Shown here piece after piece: positions 1-13,023 of a stretch of DNA of 64,000 bases. The stretch is from Haliotis rufescens (taxonomy: Eukaryota): contig NW_025963857.1 of the NCBI RefSeq assembly GCF_023055435.1, forward strand, positions 11,842,001-11,906,000. Reading direction: 5' to 3'. Under the pieces are notes generated by a model. It worked only from the letters and a program-made list of their open reading frames with translations, did not search any database and was not told the origin of the DNA. Position 1 is the stretch's first letter, and each line of letters opens with the position of its first letter. Made by a program: the position numbers and the translations under genes.

Positions 1-124
1 ATAACCGTACTTTGTTATAAGCATATATACAGCATAACTACAGCAAATAGTCGGGACCAAAAAAGTAAGTTCGTTATATCCGTCAGTTCGTTATAAGAGT
101 GTTCGTTATAACCGTAGTTTACTG
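1..124. mobile_element. pogo/Tigger-type MITE, cut by window edge
   Basis: Ends GTTCGTTATAACCGTAGTTTACTG followed by TA; same family as 12470, 21292, 35198. Confidence 0.75.
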
Positions 125-129
125 TATGT

Positions 130-720
130 CAAAGGCAACACACATTTACTACTATTTTTCGCTTATGGTACTTGATAACATGGTAATAAAAGGACAAAAC
201 GCTTTCCATAATTATGAGAAGTCCACTGTACGATTCCGACTATATCACGAGCATGCGTTTGTGAATGCGTATCAAATTGTGATGGTACCAGGTGTTGGCA
301 AAGAGATAAGTGTATCTTGTCCCATCTTGACACCCGTTACAAACACATGCAAAAGCAAAACGATTGTTCACCTGAAAAAAAGACGAGAACATTGAATAAG
401 TCAAAATAGGCAATTGCACTGAGGCATCAAATGTGGAAATGTCCTCCACAATTGAAATGCTTTACTGAGGCCTTGAATGTGGTGCATCAGTGCATCGATA
501 TACCTGAAACTTAAGTTAAACATCTTTGCCAGATTCCCTTGTTTGGATTTTGCCAATCCTTGAAATTCTGACTCATGTGCACAAAGAAACAGGTCAGCAA
601 GGAAGGGAGTACAGTGGTGCCCATGGGTCAACGAACGTACTGTTAGTTTCTGCCTGAAGTCAACAAGCACATGTATAACTGATAATATATCATAAGACTA
701 TTGACAAACATAGGATATTT
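130..720 (-). mobile_element. Degenerate Penelope-like retroelement (RT fragment plus 3' terminal region)
   Basis: ORF 401-670 reads CTPFLADLFLCAHESEF...MFNLSFRYIDA, a decayed CAPLLADLFL...YIDD Penelope RT motif; segment 200-395 recurs at 55190 and 57165. Confidence 0.7.
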
Positions 721-912
721 TTGCCGCCTTTCACGCGAAAACAACTCGACCATGGCCACTGGGGCGTTATGACACGTTATAGCATATATATGCGTTTTTT
801 TCATATATGCCATCTGTTGCTCTACACCGGCCTGGAAACATTCGCATAATTTGCACTTAAACACGTGTAACTATGTATAACCAACATGTTTGCTATCTTT
901 GAAATCATCACT

Positions 913-975
913 GTGTGTGCGTGCGTTCGTGCGTGCGTGCGTGCGTGCGTGCGTGCGTGTGTGTGTGCCTGCGTG
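913..975. repeat. (GTGC)n/(GT)n microsatellite
   Basis: Direct inspection. Confidence 0.9.
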
Positions 976-2159
976 TATGTTGACAATGGGGCAGGGTAGT
1001 GGGGATGGTAACAGTACATATACCGTGCTCAAGAATTTTCTTAAGTCATATCCATAAAATACTTTTAGCACTGAGAGTACTCCCAAAGAACAGCGTACTC
1101 AAGAGGCCTTTCGGTGACTTAAGAATTTTCTTAACGATTCAAGATGACCGCCATTCACAGAAAGAGGATATGCCTCCTGGGAACTTCCAGGGAGCACATG
1201 GTGGGATTTGAAGTGAATAAAGTAACTGCAAGATAACTATTCATTTCCTCACAATCTGTGACAATCATTTCATATTCAGCCATGGGCTCTCACTCAAAAT
1301 GTTAGCGTTTTACCCTGTTCATATCATCATGTACTGGTGCATAATAATGAAAAGCAACAACAACAAAAAACAAAATAAAACACACCAAAAAATAATAAAA
1401 ATAAAAACAACCAAATAAACAACAACACAACACAACTACATCAAACAAAACAAATAACGCAATAAACAATATTATAGTTGTGGCTTCATTGAAGCAGGAA
1501 ACAACTTGGGATGCTGCTTATGTAGGCGGACCATATAATGAAGCATTCAGGTGTAAATCTGACTTTGTCTACATCCTTTGATTTTAATTCTAAAATGGAC
1601 ATTTTACAACTGGCTTTAAGTATCACAATGTTTTTATCCGGCCTTTTATTTATTTATTCACTTACCAGAGTGCTAGGATATCCACTTGCATTTTCAATGT
1701 ATTATTGACTTCGGACAATACCTAAATTAATCATTGGGCGCAGCATTGTGTGGCAGTGTACTGCAAGAAACACTCCGCTCAAAGCTTTGACCATTAGAGT
1801 GGTTCCCCTTTGATTTTGGTTACTCCTAAATTCATACAGGAAATTCACTGAAATATGATTCTTGTTTTCATAAAACAGTCAAAGAAAATGCTTATAACAT
1901 TTCTTTTTGTTATTTTCCAAAGAAATTAATTTGAGAGGATTAATCATCAGAAATTTGAAAGCGTGTTAAAAGCATAATTTATTATTGCAAAAATATGTTT
2001 GTGACGGGCCCCCTCTAAAAAGACTAGTGCTATTTTCTTCTTTAGTGATAGAAATATACTACTACATGTTGACAATGATTGTGAATTTAGGTAATCTTTA
2101 ATCCACACAAAAAATAATGTAAAATATATTTGAAATGATATTTTCATGCCTATTCAAGA

Positions 2160-2965
2160 CCAACCCATGTCGACGTAGCCCGTGTATCACTCCATGTCGA
2201 GGTAGCCTGTGATCACCCCATGTCGACGTAGCCCATAATCACCTCATGTCGAGATAGCCTATGATCACCCCATGTCGAGGTAGCCTGTGATCACCCCATG
2301 TCGAAGTAGCCCTTTATCACCCCATGTCGAGGTAACCCATGATAACCTCGTGTCCAGGTAGCCTGTGATCACCCCATGTCGAGATAGCCTGTGATCACCT
2401 CATGTCGACGTAGCCTATGATCACTCAAAGTCGACGTAGCCCATGATCACCTCATGTCGAGGTAGCCAGTGATCAACCCATGTCGAGATAGCCTGTTATC
2501 ACTTCATGTCGAGGTAGCCTATGATCACCCCATGTCGAGGTAGCCAGTGATCACCCCATGTCGACGTATGCCGTGTATCACTTCATGTCGAGGTAGCCTA
2601 TGATCACCCCATGTCGACGTATCCCGTGTATAACTTCATGTCGAGGTAGCCTATGATCACCCCATGTCGACGTATCCCGTGTATAACTTCATGTCGAGGT
2701 AGCCTATGATCACCCCATGTCGACGTATCCCGTGTATAACTTCATGTCGACGTAGCCTATGATCACCCCATGTCGACGTATCCCGTGTATAACTTCATGT
2801 CGAGGTAGCCAGTGATCAACCCATGTCGAGGTAGCCTATGATCACCCCATGTCGAGGTAGCCAGTGTATCACCTCATGTCGAGGTAGCCCGTGATCACCC
2901 CATGTCGAGATAGCCTGTGATCACCTCATGTCGAGGTAGCCCATGATCACCTAATGTCGAGGTTG
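2160..2965. repeat. 26-27 bp minisatellite (GATCACCCCATGTCGAGGTAGCCTGT), about 30 copies
   Basis: Direct inspection; 53-bp dimer period at 2602, 2655, 2708, 2761. Confidence 0.95.
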
Positions 2966-4284
2966 ATCCACTACAGCTTTATTGCTCAGTAATATATGAC
3001 ATGTTAATGCGTGGAAGACATGTTGTGCTTAGTCGGCCATGTTGACATTCCAGGTATTTAAATTAGTACTGGTATGTCGTCTAGACTTTGGGTCATTGTG
3101 TCACAGGCAGTAAAATGTTTCAACAGCAGTTAACTGTAAAACGATTTTGATGTGCAAGCAAATTGTACAGTGTATGACGATATACAAGCAAGGCCACATC
3201 ATATCATTAAATGCATTTAATATCATATGAAAAAACTAGTATTCATATTTAGCATGCGAAACTGGTCGTGATGGGGCTTATAAATGGTTTCCTTTTTTTA
3301 CCACTTATATGCTGAAGCAGGTCGTATAACAGGTGCATATCGTATCACATATCTCCACGCATTGTATATAACTATTGTCACTGAATAATCGTGCATGAAG
3401 ACGAGAACACGTTGCAGCTATTGCAATATATTTCCCCTTTACAGCAAAACTTGCAGACCAGCACACATGCACGCGTTCGCCCATGTAATGTAATTTCAGC
3501 GAAATATTTGTCAAGCTCAACATATTCACATGACTTTTTATGAGAGACCTGAGTGCATGTGAGTGAGTGAGTTTGTTGTAACGCTACTTTGAACAGTTTT
3601 TTTCCAGTTACATCACAGCGTGTCAGGTTAATGTGGGTGAAAGCGATTTGACCACTGGGCTAAGCCAGTGCAAACAATTATTATCTCAATTACACAAAGA
3701 CAATGTCTCTCACAAAGCAGCAATTAGAACGTCTAGACTAGAAATGGTCCACAGAGCGTGGAACATATCGTCCCTGTTTTATTGAATCATCCTAATCAAT
3801 GGCAGACAACACAGGGTTCAGCGAAACGCTACAATGATGACTAAAAGTGTGCTGCCTCACCTCCTAGGCAACATCATCAGCGGGGATCATAATACTCTAG
3901 TTAAGAGGTACCCAGGCAGGCAGTGAACGGCAACCGTTCTGGTGACCTTATACTAATAAACATGGCGTTACGAAAACGGCAACGACAGAGAATAATGAGT
4001 CTCAATTGTCGGACGAAACCGATTCCATTTGACGCGTAGCGCAAACACAGCCTACCCATGGAACCAGGCTGCGACCGGGTAGGCTTGCGATTTAAAGGCG
4101 CCTCTGCTGACCAGTGCCCAGTCTAATACCCCGCGCACACCCCCCCCCCCCCCCCCCCCCCTTTTTATTTTATTTGGTGTATAAATTACCACCAAAGACA
4201 ATAAATAGATCTTAGTTGTGCACCCCACCCCCCAACCCCCCCACCCCCGTTTTAAAAAAAGCTGTTTCCGCCTCTGTTACGAGT

Positions 4285-4497
4285 ATGCATGTATGTGTGT
4301 ATATGTGCATACGTGTGTAGAAATACATACGTGAGTTTGCTTGTCATGTGAACGCGTTTACTCATGTGTGTATATTTACACCAGGAGCAAATTTGCATCA
4401 TGTCTTGAGCAGGTGCAAATGTAAATGTAAATTTGCACTGTGTGTATATGTTGCAATGTAAGCGTTTCTGTTAACGTGAGAGGATGATCTGATTAAT
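4285..4497 (+). repeat. Dispersed unclassified repeat, inverted copy at 63720-63932
   Basis: About 210 bp of reverse-complement similarity including GCAAATTTGCATCATGTC and AGAAATACATACGTGAG. Confidence 0.75.
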
Positions 4498-4821
4498 ATC
4501 TGTTCTTTTGCTAACACCAAACAAATTGTCAACAGTTGTCAACTTTTATGCCTTTTATGAGTTGAGCGGACGGTGTTTGTTTATTTGGCAATGCGGCAAC
4601 GCGACAATGTCCCTTCCAGGATTCCATAGTATGTCCATACATCTTGGTACAGTGGGTGAAGTCTATTGAGATGTGTGAGAGTAAGTATAGGGTTTTGTAT
4701 AAATTATTAAATATGGAGCATATATTTCTTAAACGTTTTTACATGTAAGCAGCAGGCGTTATTAATGATCATCATATCGTTTTTATTAGTTTCAACAAAA
4801 TCAGTATATGCACTATGGAAT

Positions 4822-5087
4822 ACCCGTGAAGATCCGGGATAGAATAGGTCTTCAGCAACCCATGCTTGCCGTAAAAGGCGACTGTGCTTTGTCATAAGGG
4901 GCGACTAACGGGATCGGGTGGTCAGGCTTGCTGACTTGGTTGATGTATGTCATCGTATCCCAATTTCTAGGATCGATGCTCATGATGTCAATCACTGGAT
5001 TGTCTGGTCCAGATTCGATTATTTACAGACCACCGTCATATAGCTGGAACATGGCTGAGTTCGGCGTTAAACAACAAACCAACAAAC
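4822..5087 (+). mobile_element. Family A short retroelement (no tRNA head, (AAAC)n tail), full length
   Basis: ACCCGTGAAGATCCGGG...GGCGTTAAACAACAAAC; many copies in window. Confidence 0.85.
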
Positions 5088-5450
5088 ATCATGACGAATG
5101 GTGTGTATCAAATAGTATTCTGGAGCTATTCCCCTGTGGGGACATTCCGCGTCCGAGGTCCCCACTACCCCATGGCTATGGCAAGAGGTGAATGAAATGA
5201 GTATGGTACGGTGAGCCTCACTGATTTCACGGTCAGCGGTCACCCGATGGCGCGGATCGTTTCTCGGGTTTTTATTCACTTGATTGTCTGGTCCAGACTC
5301 GACTATTTACAGACCGCCGTGATCCAGGTGGGCTATTGCTGGACAACATGCGCAACATACTAGGTACAGCAACGTTCTTGGTCAATAGGTTTGTTTCACG
5401 CCGCAATGTTCATAGCCATAATCGAGCCAGGATCAGACAAGCCAGTGACA

Positions 5451-5709
5451 ACGCCGCCTCTAACAATATTCCAGTTATATCGCGGCGTGTCAGCTTAATG
5501 TGGGAGGAAAGCCAGAAGTAATGCAGGTCTCAGACGTTTACCACTTCGGTGAAACCCACGAGCACGGGTATGGTGCTGACAAACCTAGAAACATAATCGG
5601 GGTGAACCGGGATTCGAACCCACAATCATAGGTTTCTGGCGTGCCCAAGGGATGCAACTCTGCACAGCGAATCGCGGCGCCTTAGACGACTGGGCCACCC
5701 GTGCCCCCG
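5451..5709 (-). mobile_element. Family D tRNA-derived SINE (V-domain-like core)
   Basis: A box TGGCCCAGTCG, B box GGTTCGAATCC, GGGTTTCACCG...TTTCCTCCCACA core. Confidence 0.85.
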
Positions 5710-5786
5710 ATTGATATTAAGAGCAATGATCAACACAGTCAGGGTACGATGACATACAATCAACCAATTCACCGAATCTGACTATT

Positions 5787-6063
5787 TGTGTGTGTGTGTG
5801 TGTGTGTGTGCGTGCGTGCGTGCGTACGTGCGTGCGTGCGTGCGTGTGTGTGTGTGTGTGTGTGTGCTAGCCCGGTCTAATGCCGATTTTAAAGCGCTAG
5901 CCCACTGAAATACCATGCCGCAGTTTCACATGAATACCCACTGAGACACAGTATACTGACTCCGAGCCGACCAGTCCTTGTTTTAGCCCCTCAATGCCGA
6001 GCGACAGGTAGGGTGACAACAAACACCACCTTTGAACGTCTCCGGGCAGATGCTATCCACTAG
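5787..6063 (-). mobile_element. Family C tRNA-derived SINE (Meta/MESC-like), partial with expanded microsatellite
   Basis: Similarity to full copies at 42739 and 62045. Confidence 0.75.
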
Positions 6064-7112
6064 TCAATACATTAAAGCATAGGTAGGTTGCTGGGGACCA
6101 ATTCTAACCCCGCATCCCCACGGGATATTGTAGATATGACAAGAGGCAGTAGACATAGTGAAAACAATAAAAAGAAAGTCACATAAAATCAAACCATAAA
6201 TATTGGCTTCAACACACAAAAAAAGACAAAAAGGGTGTAAAAGCAATATTTCAAAAAAAATAAAATTTACTTCTTAAATTATTTTGTTTTAATTTTGCAA
6301 AATGTAAACTGGTTCGCACGAAGAACTGGTCATCTATTGATCTGGACTTATTGTGATCTATACATAAAAAGGTGATGATAGAATAAAGACAACACAAGTA
6401 CGTTATTTTTCAAGAAAGCTTTATCTGACAGAGGTAGTGATTGTCAACAATACAGACAACAAAGGCAGGTGACGTAATACTGGCTGGTACCCTTGGTAAC
6501 ACATACTAAACAAACAACACAGTTGACAAGACCGTTTACATACTAGTGTGTGCATACTAACCCAAAGTAAGTATCGTTACCACAGCAACAAAGAAACCCA
6601 CGCGTTTCGGTGACAATCTAACTCCCCGCAAAACATAGTTCCCTCTTTGTAATATTCTTTAACAACCTGTAGTATATATAAACAGTGGCGATAGCAAATG
6701 ACTGCATTGGGTCCGGTTTCACAAAGTGGTCTTACGGTTACTACAGACTTAGAACTATAAGGCTGGTCACGTGATTTTTAAAGTGGATGATGGTCAGGCC
6801 AATTAACCTATCGCCACATGTCAATCAAACGACATGAACATTTAACAAATGCCCTAATAAAAAAAAGGCAATGTTTTAGATTCATACGCGGAACCAGTTC
6901 CGCCCAAGCCGAAAATGGGTAGCATGCTGGTGAGAATTTAGTTCCTCTTTAAGCAACCCTTAAAATATTTCATCTTGTATAGAAATACAAACTTTTTTTC
7001 CGCTTAATTAGTTTATGTCTATTAAGTTTTATACACGTATTATTTCGGAATCTTGTTGGGCACCTGTGTAAATCTGGACAGTTGAGAATATGATGAGTGT
7101 CTGTCATGTTGA

Positions 7113-7393
7113 GTGTGTGAGTGAGTTGGGTTTAACGCCGCTTTTAACTGCATTACAGTTATATCGCGGCGTGTCAGCTTAATGTGGGAGGAAAGCCCGA
7201 AGTGATGCAGGTCCCAGACGTTTACCACTTCGGTGAAAACCACGAGCACGGGTATGGTGCTGACAAACCTAGAAACATAATCGGGGCGAACCGGGATTCG
7301 CACCCACAATCATAGGTTTCTGGCGTGCCCAAGGGACGCAACTCTGCACAGCGAATCGTGGCGCCTTAGACGACTGGGCCACCCGTGTCCCCG
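7113..7393 (-). mobile_element. Family D SINE, full length with TSD
   Basis: Flanked by TCTG(T/C)CATGTTGA; A/B boxes; (ACTC)n tail. Confidence 0.9.
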
Positions 7394-8123
7394 TCTGCCA
7401 TGTTGAACTGTGTCGCACATCTATGAGTAGGGGAGCTATCGGATGTTAAAACATACAATGGAAGCAGTGTTTCCAAAGTTCTTATGGTTTGCAAAAGATG
7501 TAATACTAATGCCATAAAATCTATATGTGAGTTTAAAGGATTTTTAAAAAAAGATAATAAGGAGAACAGAACACGTTGTATGTAATGAAAGCTTGAATAT
7601 AGATTTCAATTTATCATCATTCAAGAGTTATTGGACATAAACTTGTTAATCCGAGTGGCTTTTATAGTCACAAAATTGAGCTGTACCTGCAGTAAATATG
7701 TTTTTGTCTGTTCTACAACAGCCATTTCGTGCATCAAGTTGTAAACATGACACTAAAACTATTTAAAATCATTGTTTACACGCAGTTTGAAACTCCGGTA
7801 ATGCAGACTGTCTAATGCTTCAGGTGTATATGAGTGTCGACATCGTCTTGCATACGTTGCAAATGAGTGCGAATTTCATTTCGGTGGCATAGATCTGCCT
7901 GAAGAGAGTATTATATCAGAGTTTAAAATACAGCTATGACGTCATTCTATTGTTTCAAATGTAGATTAACTTACTTTCTGCAATGCAAGTTTTAAGCTCA
8001 TGCATAAATGTAAGCACGTGCATTACAAATGTACTGGCCACAACGAACAAATCGCACAAAATGCACGTGCAATACGAATGGACGGGATTGTTCCATATAT
8101 AAGGAATGTTCTTTCCGTGCCGC

Positions 8124-8127
8124 ATAT

Positions 8128-8182
<55 letters not shown>

Positions 8183-8292
8183 TACTTTCAGGCTGTATTT
8201 CACATCTGACTACATTATTATTTTGTCGCTTTTGTTTCTGATTTTGTATGAGATTGTGAAAACCTCGGAGCTGTTTGTGTTAGTTGATACCG

Positions 8293-8325
<33 letters not shown>
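8124..8325. repeat. (ATTT)n and (AAT)n microsatellites
   Basis: Direct inspection at 8124-8182 and 8294-8325. Confidence 0.9.
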
Positions 8326-8326
<1 letters not shown>

Positions 8327-11144
8327 TGGAATATACATATACGCGTGCAGTTAATATATTTATGAAACCGTTAATACAAATTGACGAACAGTGATGTGTA
8401 TAGTAACATCCTAAGTAGTAATTATGTATATTTTATATACACGTTTTTCAGTCTTTGGCGACATTTTCAGATCGTAATCTTTAATGCAGTGTTTTGATGT
8501 TTCTATCGATGGTGATTCAGCATTGCAACTACCAACTGTCTCGTGAACGCCATTGTACATTTCACCTAATACAACAGCCCGTCGTAGCGCCAACGAGCGG
8601 ATTGCATTACGTCAATCCTCTTTCTTTTGACATTTATGAAGAATAATCAAAAATAATACTTCTCATTAAATGCAAAAATCCCCTTATGAATCAAGATTAA
8701 AGAGTTCTTTCAACTAGAAGTCTTTCATATCAGACACGCGGCATCATACTCTCACGTTATGAAAAAATCGCATTTTCCTGACCGCTGATCGCAACAAAAC
8801 TTGCATGTTGTTTCCAGACGGAGATACGATCGACGAGAAATAACTATCTTCTCCGTGGTTGCAAAATAATCAAATTGGACATGGCCAGTGATTCGAATGT
8901 TGTCGGCGAATATCTTTTCGCAGTGTGGACTGAAGTAATGAGATTCGGTTTCATAGAGCATTTTCAAACGTCAATTATATCACGTGATTAGTTACTGCAT
9001 GGACCCGCACGCGAGTTAGATTCGACTTCAATTATGGTTTTGTAGATTCCAAATAAGGAGGATATCAACATCAATTGAGGTCGCACAATCATTTCAGAGC
9101 CTAGTTCATGGGTCAAGAGCCACCGACAAAGGTTATGCGACGTTTATATGGCGGCTTAACGGCAAAACGATTTGTGCCTGTTCCAATGACATCATGGGAA
9201 GCCAGACCAAATTTAGGAATAGGCACTACACGCAACATAGCATGTAATATATCAGGTGGTGTATATGTAATTTCACAAGAAATGGTTCTACATATTGATC
9301 AGCAGACATGGTGACTAAGGTCTATATTTAGAACACGACAATAGATTCGGTTACAAATTGTTGTAGTGCTAAAACCTAGATTAGTTTCACTTGAACAACA
9401 ATGAGATTGCCCTTTTCGCAACAATACCCAAGATTATTTTGATCAACTGCACTTAAAGCCTTTCAAACCATCGAATGCGTACGCGTCCTAGAATGTAACT
9501 AGCGTCGATGCCTTTACAGTAACGGCATACCAACACCCTCAAAACATCATCTACGGCGGTTCCCATATTGTATTTTTGTGATTGTCAAACACGATCTTTA
9601 TCATATAGATATTTGAATATTATTTTCAAATCAATAACGTGATTTTATATCTGATACTGTATCATAACAAACTGAAACATAAGCCCGTTGTAGTTATTAT
9701 GCCTTCTTTATTGATGTATGACAGCTTTGAAGCAGAAAAAAAAGATCTTTTCAAAAACATTTATTCACCAACACCATCCCAATCTAAAGGTTTTCGCGCA
9801 TGGTTGATTGTAGGGATCTCTAGGTTTAGTCGGGTGTATTGTTAAATCGTAATAATGGCTGTGGATGACTTAATATTAATCTCCCTTGCATCAAGTGCGG
9901 AATAGAAGCCGATCAGCTAGTCATTATTATGTAACAATAGGCGCCAGACAAAGGACTGTTTATTGTTAATGTAAACATGAGGTGTGAAAATCGCTAGAAA
10001 ATTACAATCTGTGAATACCGTTGCTTTACAAATCACGCTGATAATAACCTTCCCTGTTTAGCACTCTGAGCGAGGTGAGACAAGTCGCCTGTATAAGCCG
10101 TCGTCGCGCTGTCGCTGGTGACAATGCATTATTCGAAGCCGCTGTCTCCATCAATTAAATAAATTATTACCCAAATTCATTTGAATAACCACATACAATT
10201 TGTTTACTACCATACATTCTAGAATCTGTCTGTGGATCGATGGTTTGAAAGGCGGATTGATTTTAATTGAAAGTGAATACTATCCCATGGGGATATTCAA
10301 TTAATTTCAAATTCTAATTCATTTTAATAAATTGCAACTTTTGATCAACAAGGCACAGCAATAACTTTTGACGTTTTGCATATCAATACCCGCACTGAAT
10401 TAATAAATAAAAAAATATATATTGTTTTCTTTTTCTTTACATTACAACAATGAATAAGCGTAAAATGAATGTAAAGACTCTTAATGGGATCGATCTCTCT
10501 CTGTCCCAGCTCATGGTGTAATTTGCACTTTAACAAGTCACTTTATATTTTATTTAAAAAAACCCACTACTTAAGAGAATAATACACGAACCAGCACACC
10601 AGCAAATATGATTCACGCTCAAGCGTTAAATGTTATCTAAATTTCAAAGAACATAGCTTGATAGCAGAATTATCGTTTCAATTCAATATCAAAGCTACAC
10701 TTTTTATATCAAAAGAATTTAGATTGAAGTTTGATAGCTCAATTAAGATCCACACTGAATGGAATCAATGCAACTTGAAGTCTTTGAAGACTATTATATG
10801 ATTCGTTTCAGAAAAGTCTTCGAGGGGTCGATAAGTTCGGAGGTTATTCCACAAGGAACTATTACCACAAACACCAGCAAGTCTATGAAATGTAAACTTA
10901 CAATGAAACATTTCCCAGCAATGGATTCGAGCTAGCATACAACATGGCTAGTTGTTCATAATGATGTACTCCACATTCCAACACAGGCACTATCAAGACG
11001 TATGACTAATTAAAGTCATTATTTGGAAATGTTTCAAATTCTGCATACTTTTCCTTAAAAAATGTTACATGTATTAGGTTACACGTATGTAATACAAGAG
11101 TTTATTTGGATATTTTTCTAAGATTGTAAACGAACATGGAAATA

Positions 11145-11380
11145 GGTTGTTTTTTTAACGCCGAACTCAGCAATATTCCAGCTATATGACGGCGATCTGT
11201 AAATTATCAAGTCTGGACCAGACAATCCAGTGATTGACACCATGAGCATCGATCCACGCAATTGGGACACGATGACATGAATCAACCAAGTCAGCGAGCC
11301 TGACCACCCGATCCCGTTAGTCGCCTCTTACGACAAGCATAGTCGCCTTTTACGGCAAGCATGGGTTGCTGAAAACCTGA
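11145..11380 (-). mobile_element. Family A element, slightly 5' truncated
   Basis: Similarity to 4822-5087. Confidence 0.85.
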
Positions 11381-12037
11381 CCTGAAGTATATAGAACTGC
11401 AGAACTTGTACTTGTAAAATAAATTATTTGTTTTACTGTTTGATATTTAATATTTTAATTTATTTTGAAATATTTATATTTTTACGATTTATTTACGATT
11501 GTTAGATAAAGCACATTTCAATTATAAAGCACTCCTAGGTTGTGCTGGTGATTGTAAACGCACCGACACAGGATTAACAACGACCAGCGAATGCTGCAAG
11601 CACTATTCCCACCATCATTTCAAACTCAATCAAGTCAGTATCGTTTAAAAAGTCTTACTTTCTGGGCCCCGTAGATTCCCCGTCGTAATACCCACGTGTT
11701 CAGGCTGCGGATAGCTCGGGTTTTGTTCAATGGTCCAGATGTTTTCAATGTTGTAAAATTTCTCCTCCATAATTCATAAATACGTTACACGAGCGAGGGA
11801 CGCAGTAGTTACGTAACCCTCCAGAGAGAGAAAGGTGACATAACCATTTTACCGTGAGGGTTTTAAACTATTTACATATATTCATAAGACTATTGAAAGC
11901 CAGCCTTGAAAAGATTGTGGTAACTCGCATGAATTGGATAAAGCAGAAACGACAACCTTGTCTGCCGCCCAACATGAAAATCAATCATACAATAGCGACA
12001 ATACAAATTATATAAAATCTCTAGCCATTTGAAGCAC

Positions 12038-12295
12038 TTAGTCCACCGCCTCCTGAGGCCAATTTAGTTGTTTCACCAAACCACCTTTGGGTTTGGCGTA
12101 TTTCCCATATTTTTCTAATGTGTGTTCCGTGCGGGTAGATCGCCATCCGATTTGCTGCGAGGTAGTTGACGGAAATGGCCGAGGTGAAGGTTGAACTTTG
12201 ATGTACTCTTCAATTGGTGTTACGGGCCTGATTTGAATAAGCGTTGGGATTTCCCGTTTCCCCTTTTTCGCTTGGGGGAATTCATCCTTGACGAG
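12038..12295 (-). CDS. CIMIP1: CIMIP1/C20orf85 homologue, coding exon 3 to stop (LVKDEFPQ...IRPVTPIEEYIKVQPSPRPFPSTTSQQIGWRS...LNWPQEAVD*)
   Basis: Acceptor CATTTCAG, 258 nt open to TAA; IRPVTPxExYIKVxPSP, IGWRS and WP motifs match the family; spliced CDS 420 nt = 139 aa. Confidence 0.92.
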   Translation of the reverse strand, partial: LVKDEFPQAKKGKREIPTLIQIRPVTPIEEYIKVQPSPRPFPSTTSQQIGWRSTRTEHTLEKYGKYAKPKGGLVKQLNWPQEAVD

Positions 12296-12469
12296 CTGAA
12301 ATGAGGAAGTGATGAGTCGGTATTGATGGAAATACTGTTTTCCTTGACTGACCTATATTTATATTTCAAGGTCAATGTGATTAATCGCGCACATCTAATG
12401 CATTAATTCGAATCCGAAAATGAATTTTTAATATGTAAATTGGTTGGTTTAGGTTTATTAATGCAGGTA

Positions 12470-12661
12470 CAGTCAACTACGGTTATAACGAACTCAAAGG
12501 GACCACTAATTGTAATTCGTTATAACCGTAGTTCGTTATAAGCATAACAACAACGTTATAAGCATGTACAACATATACACACAGAATGGACGGGACCAAG
12601 AAACAGTTCGTTATATCCGGAAGTTCGTTATAAGCGTGTTCGTTATAAACGTAGTTTACTG
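12470..12661. mobile_element. pogo/Tigger-type MITE
   Basis: TIR CAGT(C/A)AACTACG(G/T)TTATAACGAAC, TA on both sides. Confidence 0.85.
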
Positions 12662-12694
12662 TATATTTATTCGTATATTTATGTATCAATCGCA

Positions 12695-12989
12695 AAGAGT
12701 AATTTGAACAGTATTTCGGTTATATCCCAGCGAGTCAACTTGACGTGGGAGGAAAGCTGGAAGTGAAACTTGTCTCAGACGTTTACAACTTTGGTGACAT
12801 CCCTCCACCAGGTATGGGTGCTGGCAAACCTAGAACCACAATCAGGTCGTTTCTGGGATTCGAACCCACGATGATAAGTTTGCTGCACGCCGAAGGGGCG
12901 CTTTAACCACTAAGCTACCCCACAGCATCGAAACCGGTTCGTCCGCGTGACGAGTCAACGCTTTAACCCCTTGGCTACACTGCCGCCCC
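12695..12989 (-). mobile_element. Degenerate family D SINE followed by a family B head fragment
   Basis: GTGGGAGGAAAG, GGGATTCGAACCCAC; CGCTTTAACCCCTTGGCTAC. Confidence 0.65.
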
Positions 12990-13023
12990 TTGAGTGTGAA
13001 TTTACTACTTTATATCCCCTTTG

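Noticed and set aside
3845-3882. Hammerhead candidate CTGATGA plus 8-bp stem on minus strand
   Set aside because: Stem is followed by CAC, not GAAA
8750-9320. Short ORFs and AG/GT-bounded segments on both strands
   Set aside because: No recognisable protein and no consistent frame across candidate exons
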